A stretch of 64,000 nucleotides of DNA, from positions 22,115-86,114 of the forward strand of contig JAQGDQ010000725.1 in assembly GCA_030141605.1 (NCBI GenBank), given 5' to 3'. Each line of letters begins with the position of its first letter. The first letter of the stretch is position 1. Made by a program: the position numbers and the translations under genes. Shown here in pieces: positions 1-12,390 of this stretch. The DNA comes from Tubiluchus corallicola. Taxonomy: Eukaryota > Animalia > Priapulida. The notes beneath the pieces were generated by a model, which saw only the letters and a program-made list of their open reading frames with translations, ran no database searches and was not told the origin of the DNA.

Positions 1-533
1 ACTAAGGACGGCTTGTGAGAACAACTAAGGTCGGCTTGTGAGAACAACTAAGGACGGTTGTAAGAACAACTAAGGATGGCTTGTGAGAACAACTAAGGAC
101 GGCTTGTAAGACAACTACGGACGGCTTGTAAGAACAACGTAGGACGGCTTGTAAGAACAACTAAGGATGGCTTGTGAGAACAACTAAGGACGGCTTATGA
201 GAACAACTAAGGACGGCTTGTAAGACAACTAAGGACGGCTTGTAAGAACAACTAAGAATGGCTTGTGAGAACAACTAAGAATGGCTTGTGAGAACAACTA
301 AGGACGGCTTGTGAGAACAACTAAGGTCGGCTTGTGAGAACAACTAAGGACGGCTTGTAAGAACAACTAAGGACGGCTTGTGAGAACAACTAAGGACGGC
401 TTGTAAGAACAACTAAGGACGGCTTGTAAGAACAACTAAGGACGGCTTGTAAGACAACTAAGGACGGCTTGTAAGACAACTAAAGACGGCTTGTAAGAAC
501 AACTAAGGACGGCTTGTGAGAACAACTAAGGAC
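1..533. repeat. 23-bp minisatellite (ACTAAGGACGGCTTGTRAGAACA), ~23 copies, runs off the window start
   Basis: Direct head-to-tail units with a 23-bp period (occasionally 22) and no unique spacers. Confidence 0.95.
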
Positions 534-636
534 AGTTTGGATAACAGTTCGCGTGCACCTTCCCACTTACTGCATGCGTAGATTAGATGCTCTCTTTTTC
601 TCTCTGTCTGCAATTTTTCTGCACGTTGATTATTTA

Positions 637-1193
637 AAGCAAAGTTCAAGCCTTCTGGGAAGTTAGCCTTACATCAGTGTTTATGAAAAATGTTAGAATG
701 ATCTAGTTATAAAAGAACGATAAACGCTTCGTGTAATTAGTAAAATCACTTTAAAGTCTCAATCATTTCGTGCTTGCACGCTCCCATTTGAACACCCATT
801 CGCCCATTCTTCCACCAGTGACGTCATTCGTCGGCTGAAGAAAAGCATCTCAATGTAAATTTATGTCAAAGTATAATAAGTTTGTATAAAAAATTAGACA
901 GCTAATTGTGTGATGTTTTTCATTGAAAACTTGAATTAGTTTAAGCTGAACGCATTTACCGAGAGCCACGATGGGCTTACGAAAAGTCACGAAGTCCACC
1001 CGTTACGTCATAATTTTCAAATTCTTTGTGACCACCACGGAGCTTGAAACTGTCTATACAGCGATAGGGTAAATTAGTTTTACTATTTACAGACATCTTT
1101 TTGCAAATTTCTTTGTTACATTTTTCTACGTTTGAGGGATAACAGCAAAATAAACCCATAATTTTTTTTTGCTAAGTGAGAAGTCCTTTTCTT
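637..1193. mobile_element. TTAA-flanked MITE-like element (family C, Kolobok-like)
   Basis: Begins TTAA|AGCAAAGTTCAA (same start at ~39200) and ends TTTTCT|TTAA; 3' part (TTTGCAAATTTCTTTGTTA...GATAACAG..AAATAAACCCA) recurs at ~40860-41090. Confidence 0.5.
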
Positions 1194-1229
1194 TAATTTA
1201 ACAGAGTAAAAATTTCCTCTGTATGAAGA

Positions 1230-3972
1230 ACTGACTAAGTGAACCGCCTCCTCTCGTGGCAGTCAACACACACAGAGATGCACCCCAACAACCCTTTCAC
1301 CATGTTCTACTGACTAAGTGAACCGCCTCCTCTCGTGGCGGTCGACACACACAGAGATGCACCCCAACAACCCTTCCACCATGTTCTACTGACTAAGTGA
1401 ACCGCCTCCTCTCGTGGCGGTCAACACACACAGAGATGCACCCCAACAACCCTTCCACCATGTTCTACTGACTAAGTGAACCGCCTCCTCTCGTGGCGGT
1501 CAACACACACAGAGATGCACCCCAACAACCCTTCCACCATGTTCTACAGACTAAGTGAACCGCCCCCTCTCGTGGCAGTCGACACACACAGAGATGCACC
1601 CCAACAGCCCTTCCACCATGTTCTACTGACTAAGTGAACCGCCATCTCTCGTGGCGGTCGACACACACAGAGATGCACCCCAACAGCCCTTCCACCATGT
1701 TCTACTGACTAAGTGAACCGCCACCTCTCGTGGCGGTAGACACACACAGAGATGCACCCCAACAACCCTTTCACCATGTTCTACTGACTAAGTGAGCCGC
1801 CACCTCTCGTGGCGGTAGACACACACAGAGATGCACCCCAACAACCCTTTCACCATGTTCTACTGACTAAGTGAACCGCCCCCTCTCGTGGCGGTCGACA
1901 CACACAGAGATGCACCCCAACAACCCTTCCACCATGTTCTACTGACTAAGTGAACCGCCTCCTCTCGTGGCGGTCGACACACACAGAGATGCACCCCAAC
2001 AACCCTTCCACCATGTTCTACTGACTAAGTGAACCGCCTCCTCTCGTGGCGGTCGACACACACAGAGATGCACCCGAACAACCCTTCCACCATGTTCTAC
2101 TGACTAAGTGAACAGCCACCTCTCGTGGCGGTCGACACACACAGAGATGCACCCAACAGTCCTTCCACCTTGTTCTACTAACTAAGTGAACTGACTCCTC
2201 TCGTGGCGGTCGACACACACAGAGATGTACCCCAACTGCCCTTCCACCATGTGCTACTGACTAAGTGAACCGCCACCTCTCGTGGCGGTAGACACACACA
2301 GAGATGCACCCCAACAACCCTTCCACCATGTTCTACTGACTAAGTGAACCGCCTCCTCTCGTGGCGGTCAACACACACAGAGATGCACCCCAACAACCAT
2401 TCCACCATGTTCTACTGACTAAGTGAACCGCCCCCTCTCGTGGCAGTCGACACACACAGAGATGCACCCCAACAACCCTTCCACCATGTTCTACTGACTA
2501 AGTGAACCGCCACCTCTCGTGGCGGTAGACACACACAGAGATGCACCCCAACAACCCTTCCACCATGTTCTACTGACTAAGTGAACCGCCTCCTCTCGTG
2601 GCGCTCGACACACACAGAGATGCACCCCAACAACCCTTCCACCATGTTCTACTGACTAACTGAACCGCCTCTTCTCGTGGCGGTCGACACACACAGAGAT
2701 GCACCCCAACAACCCTTCCACCATGTTCTACTGACTAAGTGAACCGCCCCCTCTCGTGGCGGTCGACACACACAGATATGCACCCCAACAACCCTTTCAC
2801 CATGTTCTACTGACTAAGTGAGCCGCCACCTCTCGTGGCGGTAGACACACACAGAGATGTACCCCAACAGCCCTTCCACCATGTTCTACTGACTAAGTGA
2901 ACCGCCCCCTCTCGTGGCGGTAGACACACACAGAGATGCACCCCAACAACCCTTCCACAATGTTCTACTGACTAAGTGAGCCGCCACCTCTCGTGGCGGT
3001 AGACACACACAGAGATGTACCCCAGCAGCCCTTCCACCATGTTCTACTGACTAAGTGAACCGCCCCCTCTCGTGACGGTAGACACACACAGAGATGCACC
3101 CCAACAACCCTTCCACAATGTTCTACTGACTAAGTGAACCGCCCCCTCTCGTGGCGGTCAACACACACAGAGATGCACCCCAACAACCCTTCCACCATGT
3201 TCTACTGACTAAGTGAACCGCCCCCTCTCGTGGCAGTCGACACACACAGAGATGCACCCCAACAACCCTTCCACCATGTTCTACTGACTAAGTGAGCCGC
3301 CACCTCTCGTGGCAGTCGACACACACAGAGATGCACCCCAACAACCCTTTCACCATGTTCTACTGACTAAGTGAGCCGCCACCTCTCGTGGCGGTAGACA
3401 CACACAGAGATGCATCCCAACAACCCTTCCACCATGTTCTACTGACTAAATGAACCGCCTCCTCTCGTGGCGCTCGACACACACAGAGATGCACCCCAAC
3501 AACCCGTCCACCATGTTCTACTGACTAACTGAACCGCCTCTTCTCGTGGCGGTCGACACACACAGAGATGCACCCCAACAACCCTTCCACCATGTTCTAC
3601 TGACTAAGTGAACCGCCCCCTCTCGTGGCGGTCGACACACACAGAGATGCACCCCAACAACCCTTCCACCATGTTCTACTGACCAAGTGAACCGCCACCT
3701 CTCGTGGCGGTCGACACACACAGATATGCACCCCAACAACCCTTTCACCATGTTCTACTGACTAAGTGAGCCGCCACCTCTCGTGGCGGTAGACACACAC
3801 AGAGATGTACCCCAACAGCCCTTCCACCATGTTCTACTGACTAAGTGAACCGCCCCCTCTCGTGGCGGTAGACACACACAGAGATGCACCCCAACAACCC
3901 TTCCACAATGTTCTACTGACTAAGTGAACCGCCCCCTCTCGTGGCGGTCGACACACACAGAGATGCACCCCA
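1230..3972. repeat. 79-bp GC-rich tandem satellite, ~35 copies
   Basis: Unit CTGACTAAGTGAACCGCCHCCTCTCGTGGCGGTCGACACACACAGAGATGCACCCCAACAACCCTTCCACCATGTTCTA starts at 1231, 1310 and so on. Confidence 0.97.
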
Positions 3973-4705
3973 AAGCAAAGTGCATGTCTGTAAAAACTCT
4001 TGCACCAGTTTTTAGTCATCCAGTTACATTCTGGGACGCATCAAATCCTCTGCGTCTGTCATCTCCGTGGGTTGGGAATTCACTGTGTGTTTGACTCGCA
4101 CGTCATCGCCCCATACTCCTATCTACGGTGGCGCAAAAGCGCCGACTCGTGTTTATAACAGATGTTTTCTGTTCTGTCTGCCTCTTTCTGACTAAGGACC
4201 ACAAGAGTAGCAACAATCAACAGCCTCCCAGTGAAAAACCCGAGAAGATGGTGTGAATTGAGGATCGCGCATCTGCCGTCCGTGGAGGATCTAGAACGGA
4301 TTTCTTCCCCTTTTTTACTCTTCACAGTTTCAGGATGTATCCAGAAGTGGCTATCCACAAATGCATATGCAGCTCATAAATTACAGACAAATAATTTGAT
4401 TATAACGGAATTTAATTTCTTAATTTGGCAAGGGTATCGTTTGTAACGGCTTTGCATTTTGTACGTAGTTGGGATGAGTTTTTGTAGTGCTGACTGCCGA
4501 CGTTGTAACATCAGTTTCAAAAACATTCCAAAGTCGAATCAAAGTTAGAACAAACTTAAAAAAACGGGAAAGTTGTCGGACGTGAATTTGTGGTTGAACT
4601 CCCAAATTCGATCGATGTATTTATTGATCAGATACTTTTCCCCATGAGCATTCTAGGCAAACGGAATACGAAGGTCTCATATTTTATAAGTGTAAGTCCG
4701 TTTAA

Positions 4706-4795
4706 TAATCAACCTAGCCACTGGGGGGGGGGGGGGTAAGCCAGCCCAACTCAGTGCCGGTCCCTCCCAAGCCCGGATAAATAGGGAGGGTTAGG
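4706..4795 (+). ncRNA. Twister-ribozyme-like sequence (type P1)
   Basis: Maps onto the twister core N|AA-P2-GC-P3-CCGG-UCCC-AAGC-CCGG-AUAAA-P2'-GAGGG: P2 CCUA 4713-16/UAGG 4782-85, P3 CACUG 4719-23/CAGUG 4752-56, P4 CCGG 4757-60/4773-76; extra UCCC in L4 and a weak P1. Confidence 0.75.
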
Positions 4796-5209
4796 GTCAA
4801 GAAGGGCATCTGCGTGTAAAAACTGCGCCAAAACCGATGAACGAGTCGGTGAGACTTAAAGGGAAAGTCCACAAAGAAGTGGTCAGACCCGCTCTAATCT
4901 GTGGAATGGAAGCAGCTTCTCCAAAGAAGACCGAAGAGAAGAAAATGGGTGTGGTGGAGATGAGGATGTTGAGATGGATGGTGGAAATAACAAGAAGAGA
5001 TAAATTAGAAATAATAATATCAGAGGAACAGTAAAAGTAGTGGAAGCCTCGTAAGATTGCGATGGTATGGACACCTGAAAAGAAGAGTTGGTGAAGATCA
5101 TGCGGGAAGGGAAGACATAAATGAAGAGATGGTCAACAACAGGAATGTGTAGAGAAAACTCATTCACAACGACGACCCCGCATAGGGAAAAGCTGGGAAG
5201 AAGAAGAAG
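4711..5209 (+). mobile_element. Non-autonomous, internally deleted RTE-clade retroelement (5' UTR fused to ORF C-terminus and (GAA)n tail)
   Basis: TSD AAGTCCGTTTARTAATC at 4694-4710 and 5210-5226; degenerate RTE RT C-terminal peptide LKGKVHKEVVRPAL...VEMRMLRWM; 3' end CGACCCC...GGGAAGAAGAAGAAG typical of RTE. Confidence 0.85.
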
Positions 5210-5617
5210 AAGTCCGTTTAGTAATCAGACACTGAACGTAGCTACGCAAACATTCGAGTGATGAGTAATCCTTTTTAGTGTAAGCAGGTATATTATGTCA
5301 TTCGATTGTTTCCAACGTTTTCTCTATATCTTACCTTAAGATTTTCTTTTAGGTATAGATTATCTTATCTATATCTAAAACAATTAAGCAGTAATTAATG
5401 GCGTTTCCTAAACTTTTGCTAATCATTATTCTTATTGCTGAAACGTCAACATTTTAATTTAAACTTTATTTATTTATAGTGAAATTACAAAACAGACTGC
5501 GTCTGATACAGGTATCTCCACGGTGCAAGTGCTAAGTACAAAGTGTTAATACAAGAATGTACAACCAATATAACACTTCGTTAGATCAAACAGATACATA
5601 ATATTACAATCAATTAA

Positions 5618-6264
5618 AGAAAGACAGCATGATTTTTCGTAAAGTACCACGTTCACAAGTCCGATAAAAAGTATACATTTTAACACTTAATACTACTGCA
5701 AAAGCATTTCTGATAATTAAATAATAGATTAAAAAATTAATGGCAGGCGAGCCCAATTATTGATGGCATCACAAACAAACATAATTTTCAACAACAAAAA
5801 CATTCCACGTGCGTGTTGCACGTGTTTGCGAAAGTGAAGTGCTGTGATACTCTAAGATATTCAGTGTGTTGTACTAAAACGCCTTCCTGTATTTCGGAAA
5901 CGCATTACACAAAAAATAACTGCTAGACCTCTCAATTCAGATGTGTTAGTTTATGACGTACGGCACACATTCGACAACTCATGCGTGACCACAGCGGTAA
6001 ACTTAAAATTTTAATTTCTATGTTGAAACTTGCCTATTTTCAGCAGTTGCTGTGCAATGCGTTTCCAAAATAAAGGCGCTGGTGCCCGTCTAACATGCGA
6101 ATGGTGAAATGCACGTAACAGGGAAGAACTAGTGACGCGAATTGTGTTTGTTTGGTAATAATTCTTTGGCGTAAGTCATTTTTGAAAAAATTGTATGTTT
6201 TCTTTCAATATCTTAAAGAGTAGATTGTATTGAACTACAGTTTAAGATTGGGTCCGGTTTTGCT
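5618..6264 (+). mobile_element. MITE family A (Kolobok-like, TTAA TSD, AG...CT termini)
   Basis: TTAA at 5614-17 and 6265-68; homologous to six other copies in the window. Confidence 0.75.
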
Positions 6265-6733
6265 TTAAAACAAAAGAGTGAAGCAAACTTGAAAAAAATT
6301 AATATCTTTTTAATAAATAAGGTTTTCGTTAGAAATTTTTTTTTGAGCAACTGAAAAAGAAATGGTCTTAATCCTAATGTAACAAAACCAGTTAGAAAAG
6401 CTTTCAAAAATTTGCACTACAGAAGATGTTTAAATCCAAATATTTTTCTTAGATGATGATTAATATGAACTGTGGCATTTTCATTTTCAAGAAATATTAT
6501 TCTAGCGAAAGGGGGGGTGGGGTAAAAAGGGTACCCAAAGTAGGTTTAAGAAAAATCGCTTTAAAAATTATGTTGCTTTATAGCAATTTTGTGCGTATAT
6601 CGTACTCGCGTTGAAATAATTTTTTGTCTGTTTTAGTTTTAAATTTTTGCTATGTACACAAGCAAACTTAACCGCTAAGAAAACATGGATAAATATAGAA
6701 ACCATGGAAATCTTGTGAAAAAATTTGTTTTAA

Positions 6734-7827
6734 CGGCCAAGAAAATGGGTACCTGAAGTAGATTTCAGAAAAACGTCTTAAAAAATTATATTACTTTATA
6801 GCATTTTATGCGTACATCGCATTTTAAATCTCCCGCAATACTGTTCCGACGGCGCCATTACATGACGTCATGTACGTACAACGTAAATCAGGGGAAGAAA
6901 AGACAATGTTAAATTATGTCCCAAAGAACTTTCCGTGCAAAGTTATGTTACTTATCATTTCGATTACATGCTTGAAAGACATATGTAACTAGAAAAGAAA
7001 ATTATCAATTATTTAAAGTCTTTTCACCAGTTGGTAAAATGTCGATGACTCACCTCCAGGGTGCACCACACACTAACCAAAAAACGCATTTTTAATCTTA
7101 TTGACAAGATACAGTAATTTAAAATCTTACTGAGTTAGTGACGTGTGCGCTACGAATGCTCTGATTATGATTTCAAACTTCACTCAACTTTATCGAAACT
7201 TGTTTCAAATGACCTGTCGCCAAAATGGCTACGCCTAACGGTCATCTCGGGAGATTAAATTTACGTGTTTTATACAGCGTTACTGCCGACGCAAGCTCTG
7301 TTTGCAAAAAGGCAATATGTAAGTGGCATAACATGTCAAAACGAATTTTAATCTTTATGTAAATCGGACAATATTGGAGCATCATCGGAGAAGCTTCACA
7401 AGAATGCGTCTTCAGTCACATAGGCTGGGGATAGAAACGGGTAGATGGGCGAGACAGCCAAGGAAAATTAGGTTATGTCCTTGTGGGGACATTCAAACTG
7501 ACAAACACGTTATACAGGCACGCCCCCTAACATCAAATATTAGAAACTGCTACGACAATGTAAACTTTGCTGATTTAACTCACTTCTTTGAGCACACTAA
7601 TTGTCATATAGTATCTTATGAAACTGTTATGCAACTTTTATGCTAATGTACCTTGTATGCATAACACTGTTTTTAATGCTATAACCTTGAGTAGGAAATG
7701 TACGTAAAGTGACATTTGGACTAAAATCACTAATGTATCGATTGTGACATTTACCTCGTTCCTCGTGTATACATGTAACTTGTTTTAGTCAATAAACTAC
7801 ATACATAAATGGAGAGCTTCTTGTGCT
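6734..7827 (-). mobile_element. MITE family B (Kolobok-like) interrupted by a LINE fragment
   Basis: TTAA at both ends with GGNCAAGAAAA / TTCTTGTGCT termini; reverse-complement homology to 18210-18878; a partial extra terminus lies at ~6520-6600. Confidence 0.7.
7365..7810 (+). mobile_element. 3' fragment of a non-LTR retrotransposon (ORF2 C-terminal zinc-knuckle region)
   Basis: Peptide FTRMRLQSHRLGIETGRW...RLCPCGDIQTDKHVI resembles LINE ORF2 C-termini; AATAAA near the 3' end; MITE B sequence resumes after it. Confidence 0.7.
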
Positions 7828-8134
7828 TTAAGCGGCTGTAACGCTATTTTATGAAATAGAATTCTAGTGGTGAATGCAGTAACGATGCACTAATGCTAAA
7901 GACTTCGTAGTAATGCCAAAAACAATAATGGCGCTTACTGCTCATCAACTGGTGTTGTTGATGCGCATAAATCAAGGGTCTCGGCTCAAGAGAACATCTC
8001 TGAAACCTCTTGGGCAGAGACGGCATATGCATGGCAATAAATTACAAGAGCTGTAATGGATTCTTAATGCAAGGACTTGGACTTGGACCTACTTATAGGA
8101 ATCCCAGAATGCACCTGCTGTGTGCGATACTTAA

Positions 8135-8851
8135 TGTAAAAAAGACGATTTTTCATGCCCTGTCCCGTTTTGAAGTACGGTAAAATGTACACATTTAAGA
8201 TATATAACAATGCCTAAGCATTTCTGATAATTTAATAACAGGTTAAAAAGTTAATTAGTTGTGGGCGAACCGGACGTCACAAACGAACACAATTTTCAAG
8301 AGCACAAACTATTCCATGAACGCTTTGAAACCGCTTGCCAGAGCGAAAATTGAAGCACAGCGCTACTGTACAAATACCAGTGTAATATACAAAAACTCGG
8401 CAAGTTTTAAGATAAAAATTTAAAATTTCTAATTTACCGCTATGCTCACGCATGAGCCGTCGAACGTTTGTATTACGTCATAAACGCAGAGCTCTGAACT
8501 GAAAGGTACAGCACCTGTTTTCATGTAATGCGTTTCCGAAATGCAGGTGCTAGTGCCTGTCTAACTAGCGAATGGTGAAATGCATGTAACAGCTAAGAAC
8601 TAGCCACGGGAACACGAAATGACTTTTGTGTGGTAATAATTCTTTCACGTAAGTCATTCTTATATATATATATAATAATCTTTATTCGCCATTAAAATAC
8701 ATTGGTAATCACTGATAAAAACTTTACAGAGATGATCAATCAGTGTTAGTTAATAAAAACTTACACGGCTAAAGAACTAGTATGTTTCCTTCCAATATTT
8801 TAAAGAGTAGATTATTTTGACCTACAATTTAGGATTTGGTCCGGGTTTCCT
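8135..8851 (+). mobile_element. MITE family A copy with a ~110-bp internal insertion
   Basis: Colinear with 5618-6264. Confidence 0.7.
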
Positions 8852-8872
8852 TTACGCCTACATCACGAGTAC

Positions 8873-9480
8873 AGGACCGGCTCTACCATTAGGCAAACTA
8901 GGCAGTTGCCTAAGGCGCCAAGTTTTGGAAGTAGTTCTTTAATTTTAAGGATCAGCATAAGTAATAACCCATATGTATAATTTTCCAGTGCTTTAAAAGA
9001 AGTAAACTGCTTGAACTATTTTATTGTTAAAATGTATGATAAGTATGTTTAAGTTTAGTATAAGTAATAACATATTCTTCAGTGAACAACACTTTAAATG
9101 AAATGAATTACTTGCGTTTTTTTCTGTCAAAATGTACGATTCACGTCAGTGTCTTCCGGTTCCGGTTCCGGGTCCGATACTTTCTACTTTTGCTTTACCA
9201 GGCTTCCTAAGAATATGTCGTTTCATTTAGATATTATTGACGAGTTACGTTGATTTTACCCACAGTTTATATTGTACGCGTAGAACTAAATGAATAAAAG
9301 AATATAAAAATGGTTCCTGGCTTTGGCTTTTATTTAATTATGACAGATGAACCTATGAGAATCGATGCCGTCAGACGAGAAATGAATGGTAAAATGTTGG
9401 CGAACATTGAAAACAGCAAAAAGATTTGCTAATGAAGTGTTTGCAACCAGAGCAGAGTGACGGTTGTGAAGATGATGAAG
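8873..9480 (+). mobile_element. hAT-like DNA transposon 5' remnant
   Basis: Starts CAGGACCGGCTCTACCATTAGGCAAACTAGGCAGTTGCCTAAGGCGCC; a related start lies at 24678; no matching right TIR found. Confidence 0.45.
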
Positions 9481-9486
9481 CTAGTG

Positions 9487-9956
9487 AGATGTGTGTACGA
9501 CTGTACGTGAAATGTGTGTACGACTGTACGTGACGTGAAATGTGCGTACGACAGTACGTGAAATGTGTGTACGACTGTACGTGAAATGTGCGTATGACTG
9601 TACGTGAAATGTGTGTACGTCTGTACGTGAAATGTGCGTACGACTGTACGTGACGTGAAATGTGTGTACGACTGTACGTGAAATGTGCGTACGACTGTAC
9701 GTGAAATGTGCGTACGACTGTACGTGAAATGTGTGTACGACAGTACGTGAAATGTGTACGACAGTACGCGAAATGTGTGTACGACTGTACGTGAAATGTG
9801 TGTACGACAGCACGCGAAATGTGTGTACGACTGTACGTGAAATGTTTGTACGACTGTACGCGAAATGTCGGGACGACAGTACGCGAAATGTGCGTACGAC
9901 AGTACGCGAAATGTGTGTATGACTGCACGCGAAATGTGTGTATAACTGTACGTGAA
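9487..9956. repeat. 23-bp minisatellite (GTGTGTACGACTGTACGTGAAAT), ~20 copies
   Basis: Direct repeats starting at 9491, 9514 and so on. Confidence 0.95.
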
Positions 9957-10574
9957 AAAGAGGAGTTTGGGTCTTGGATGAAAATTCTAAAGGCTGGGGG
10001 GGGGGTAATATAAAAGTTTGCAGCAGAAATTGCAGAAATTTTGATTGCCCCTAAAGACCCAGGTTGCACAATGAGGTCGTAAATCAATTTCTACCTGCCT
10101 AACTACCTGCATGCCTATATATAACAACGTATTTAAATACTGATACTTGCGCATGCGTACTTAGCAACTACTTACACACTCACGTAACAATATTTCTACC
10201 TAATTACCCATTTGCCTACTTCACCGAAAGAAACCCTAGAGCTCTAGCATCATTTATTTTCCCTAGAGTTACCTTTGCATTGTCCAGTGATAATCTCGAC
10301 GCCCGCGACGTGCCAGTGAATGGGGAACAAGAATTCGGTTAGTCTGTTGGTCGGTTGGTACCGAATGTCGCCTGATCTCGACGACTCGGGATAATTACTT
10401 GAAACGAGGTATGAGGCCCACACACCTCCTATGGACGACCTTATCTACCTTAATCCATCTTTATACAACATACATGTGGGAAATTAACAACAAGCCTTTC
10501 CGCACTTGAAGTGTGTTTATTAAATTCCGTTATAGGCAATTGTTAGAGGACATTGTAGAAGAAATAATGATTCT

Positions 10575-10656
10575 AGCAGTAGCAGTAGCAGTAGCAGCAG
10601 TAGTAGTAGTGGTGGTGGTCGTAGTAGTAGTAGTGGTGGTGGTGGTGGTGGTGGTG

Positions 10657-10750
<94 letters not shown>

Positions 10751-10924
10751 TAGTAGTAGCAGCAGCAACAGCAACAGCAGCAACAACAGTAGTAGTAGTA
10801 GTAGCAGCAACACCAGCAGCAGCAGCAGCTGCAGTAGTAGTAGTAGTAGTAGTAGCTGCAGTAGTAGTAGTAGTAGTAGTAGCAGCAGCAGCAACGGGAG
10901 CAACAACAGCAGCACCAGTAGTAG

Positions 10925-10987
<63 letters not shown>

Positions 10988-11036
10988 TACTAGTAGTAGC
11001 TGCAGTACTAGTAGTAGTAGCAGCAGCAACAGCAAC

Positions 11037-11083
<47 letters not shown>

Positions 11084-11097
11084 TAGTAGTTAGTAGT
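10575..11097. repeat. Compound trinucleotide microsatellite (GTA/GCA/GTG/GTC)
   Basis: Directly visible. Confidence 0.97.
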
Positions 11098-11780
11098 AAA
11101 ACGTTTCACTTGACATATAAAATACCAATGCTAGTTAATAACAATAAACATAATTAAAAATTAGTCAGTGTCATTAAAATATCCACTGTCAAAGTCAAAT
11201 TAAATCGTCTACTGGAACTGTGTACGCGAAGTGTATTAATAGAGTTTGAGCTACATGTGTTCTGTGTTCTAATCTGTTTTATATTGTAAGTTCTTGAATT
11301 TTTTCGTGTTGGAAGAAATGGAAGTAAATTGCATTTCAAAAGAACATTAATAGTGCTAACGTCTCCCAAGGTAAGTCGTTCTCCGTGAACCTGAGCTCCG
11401 TGAACACTCATAAACCTACCGAGAGCTTCACCAACCCTCTCACATTAGATGTCTTCATCATTGGACAGGTAAAACTTCTGGCTTCGTACGAGGGAGCAAG
11501 AATCCTGATCGAGATGTAATTTGGACACAGACAGGACAATGCACTAGGCAGCCGTTGTGATTAATTGTAATTATGGAATAAATTGTAAGAGCTTGTAGTG
11601 TAGAACTATGCCACCATTTTCACGCTCGAAGAGCCTTAAGTAAGTTGACTGATAAGGCAAAAACGGCCTTCCTGGACAGGACACTTCCAGCAGGCATTTT
11701 TCTTGGAGGAAAAATAGTTTGAAAAACAGTAGCAATCGAGAACAATGCCCTAGACACATGTTTGATAATCTCTGCATTGC

Positions 11781-12199
11781 AAGTTGGTTTCCCTTTACTC
11801 CGATAAGTTGGCTTCCCTTTACTCCGACAAGTTGGCTTCCATTTACTCCGATAAGTGGCTTCCCTTTACTCCGATAAGTTGGCTTCCCTTTATTCCGATA
11901 AGTTGGCTTCCCTTTACTCCGATAAGTTGGCTTCCCTTTACTCCGATAAGTTGGCTTCCATTTACTCCGATAAGTTGGCTTCCCTTTACTCCGATAAGTT
12001 GGCTTCCCTTTACTCCGATAAGTTGGCTTCCATTTACTCCGATAAGTTGGCTTCCCTTTACTCCGATAAGTTGGCTTCCCTTTACTCTGATAAGTTGGCT
12101 TCCCTTTTCTCCGATAAGTTGGCTTCCCTTTACTCCGATAAGTTGGCTTCCCTTTACTCCGATAAGTTGGCTTCCATTTACTCCGATAAGTTGGCTTCC
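11781..12199. repeat. 24-bp minisatellite (AAGTTGGCTTCCCTTTACTCCGAT), ~17 copies
   Basis: Highly homogeneous direct repeats. Confidence 0.97.
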
Positions 12200-12390
12200 A
12201 GGTTGGCTGCAGGAGCTGGCGGAGTCAGTGAGCATGCTGCACTGGTCCGCCTTCGGGGCTCCACTCCTGATTTGGAAGGTTTACTCCTCTACACATGGCC
12301 GTTGGGTCACTTGACCACCTCCGCCTTCTAGCCGTTGGCTGCTTGTGCAACTCCTCCGCCTAGTGTCGAGATACAGTGTGGGCATCCCGC

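Noticed and set aside
1-3972. CRISPR-like appearance of the 23-bp and 79-bp arrays (also 9487, 11781, 16448, 50736, 58695)
   Set aside because: Units are head-to-tail with no unique spacers, there are no cas genes, and the context is eukaryotic
1230-3972. HDV-like ribozyme in the 79-bp unit (GCC-TCCTCTCGT-GGC resembles P3/L3; TCTACT/GGTAGA could form P1)
   Set aside because: No GG for P1.1, no P4 and no 3' strand for P2, so the double pseudoknot cannot be completed
11360-11475. Repeated GTTCA half-sites as a RARE, and plus-strand GT donor-like motifs
   Set aside because: Spacing is not DR2 or DR5, and no upstream exon is supported
9371-12331. Long ORFs over tandem repeats (also 20187-21002, 34206-34677, 38664-39140, 47302-47739, 50567-51804, 53047-53520, 58647-60205)
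   Set aside because: They are by-products of stop-free simple or tandem repeats, open in several frames and on both strands
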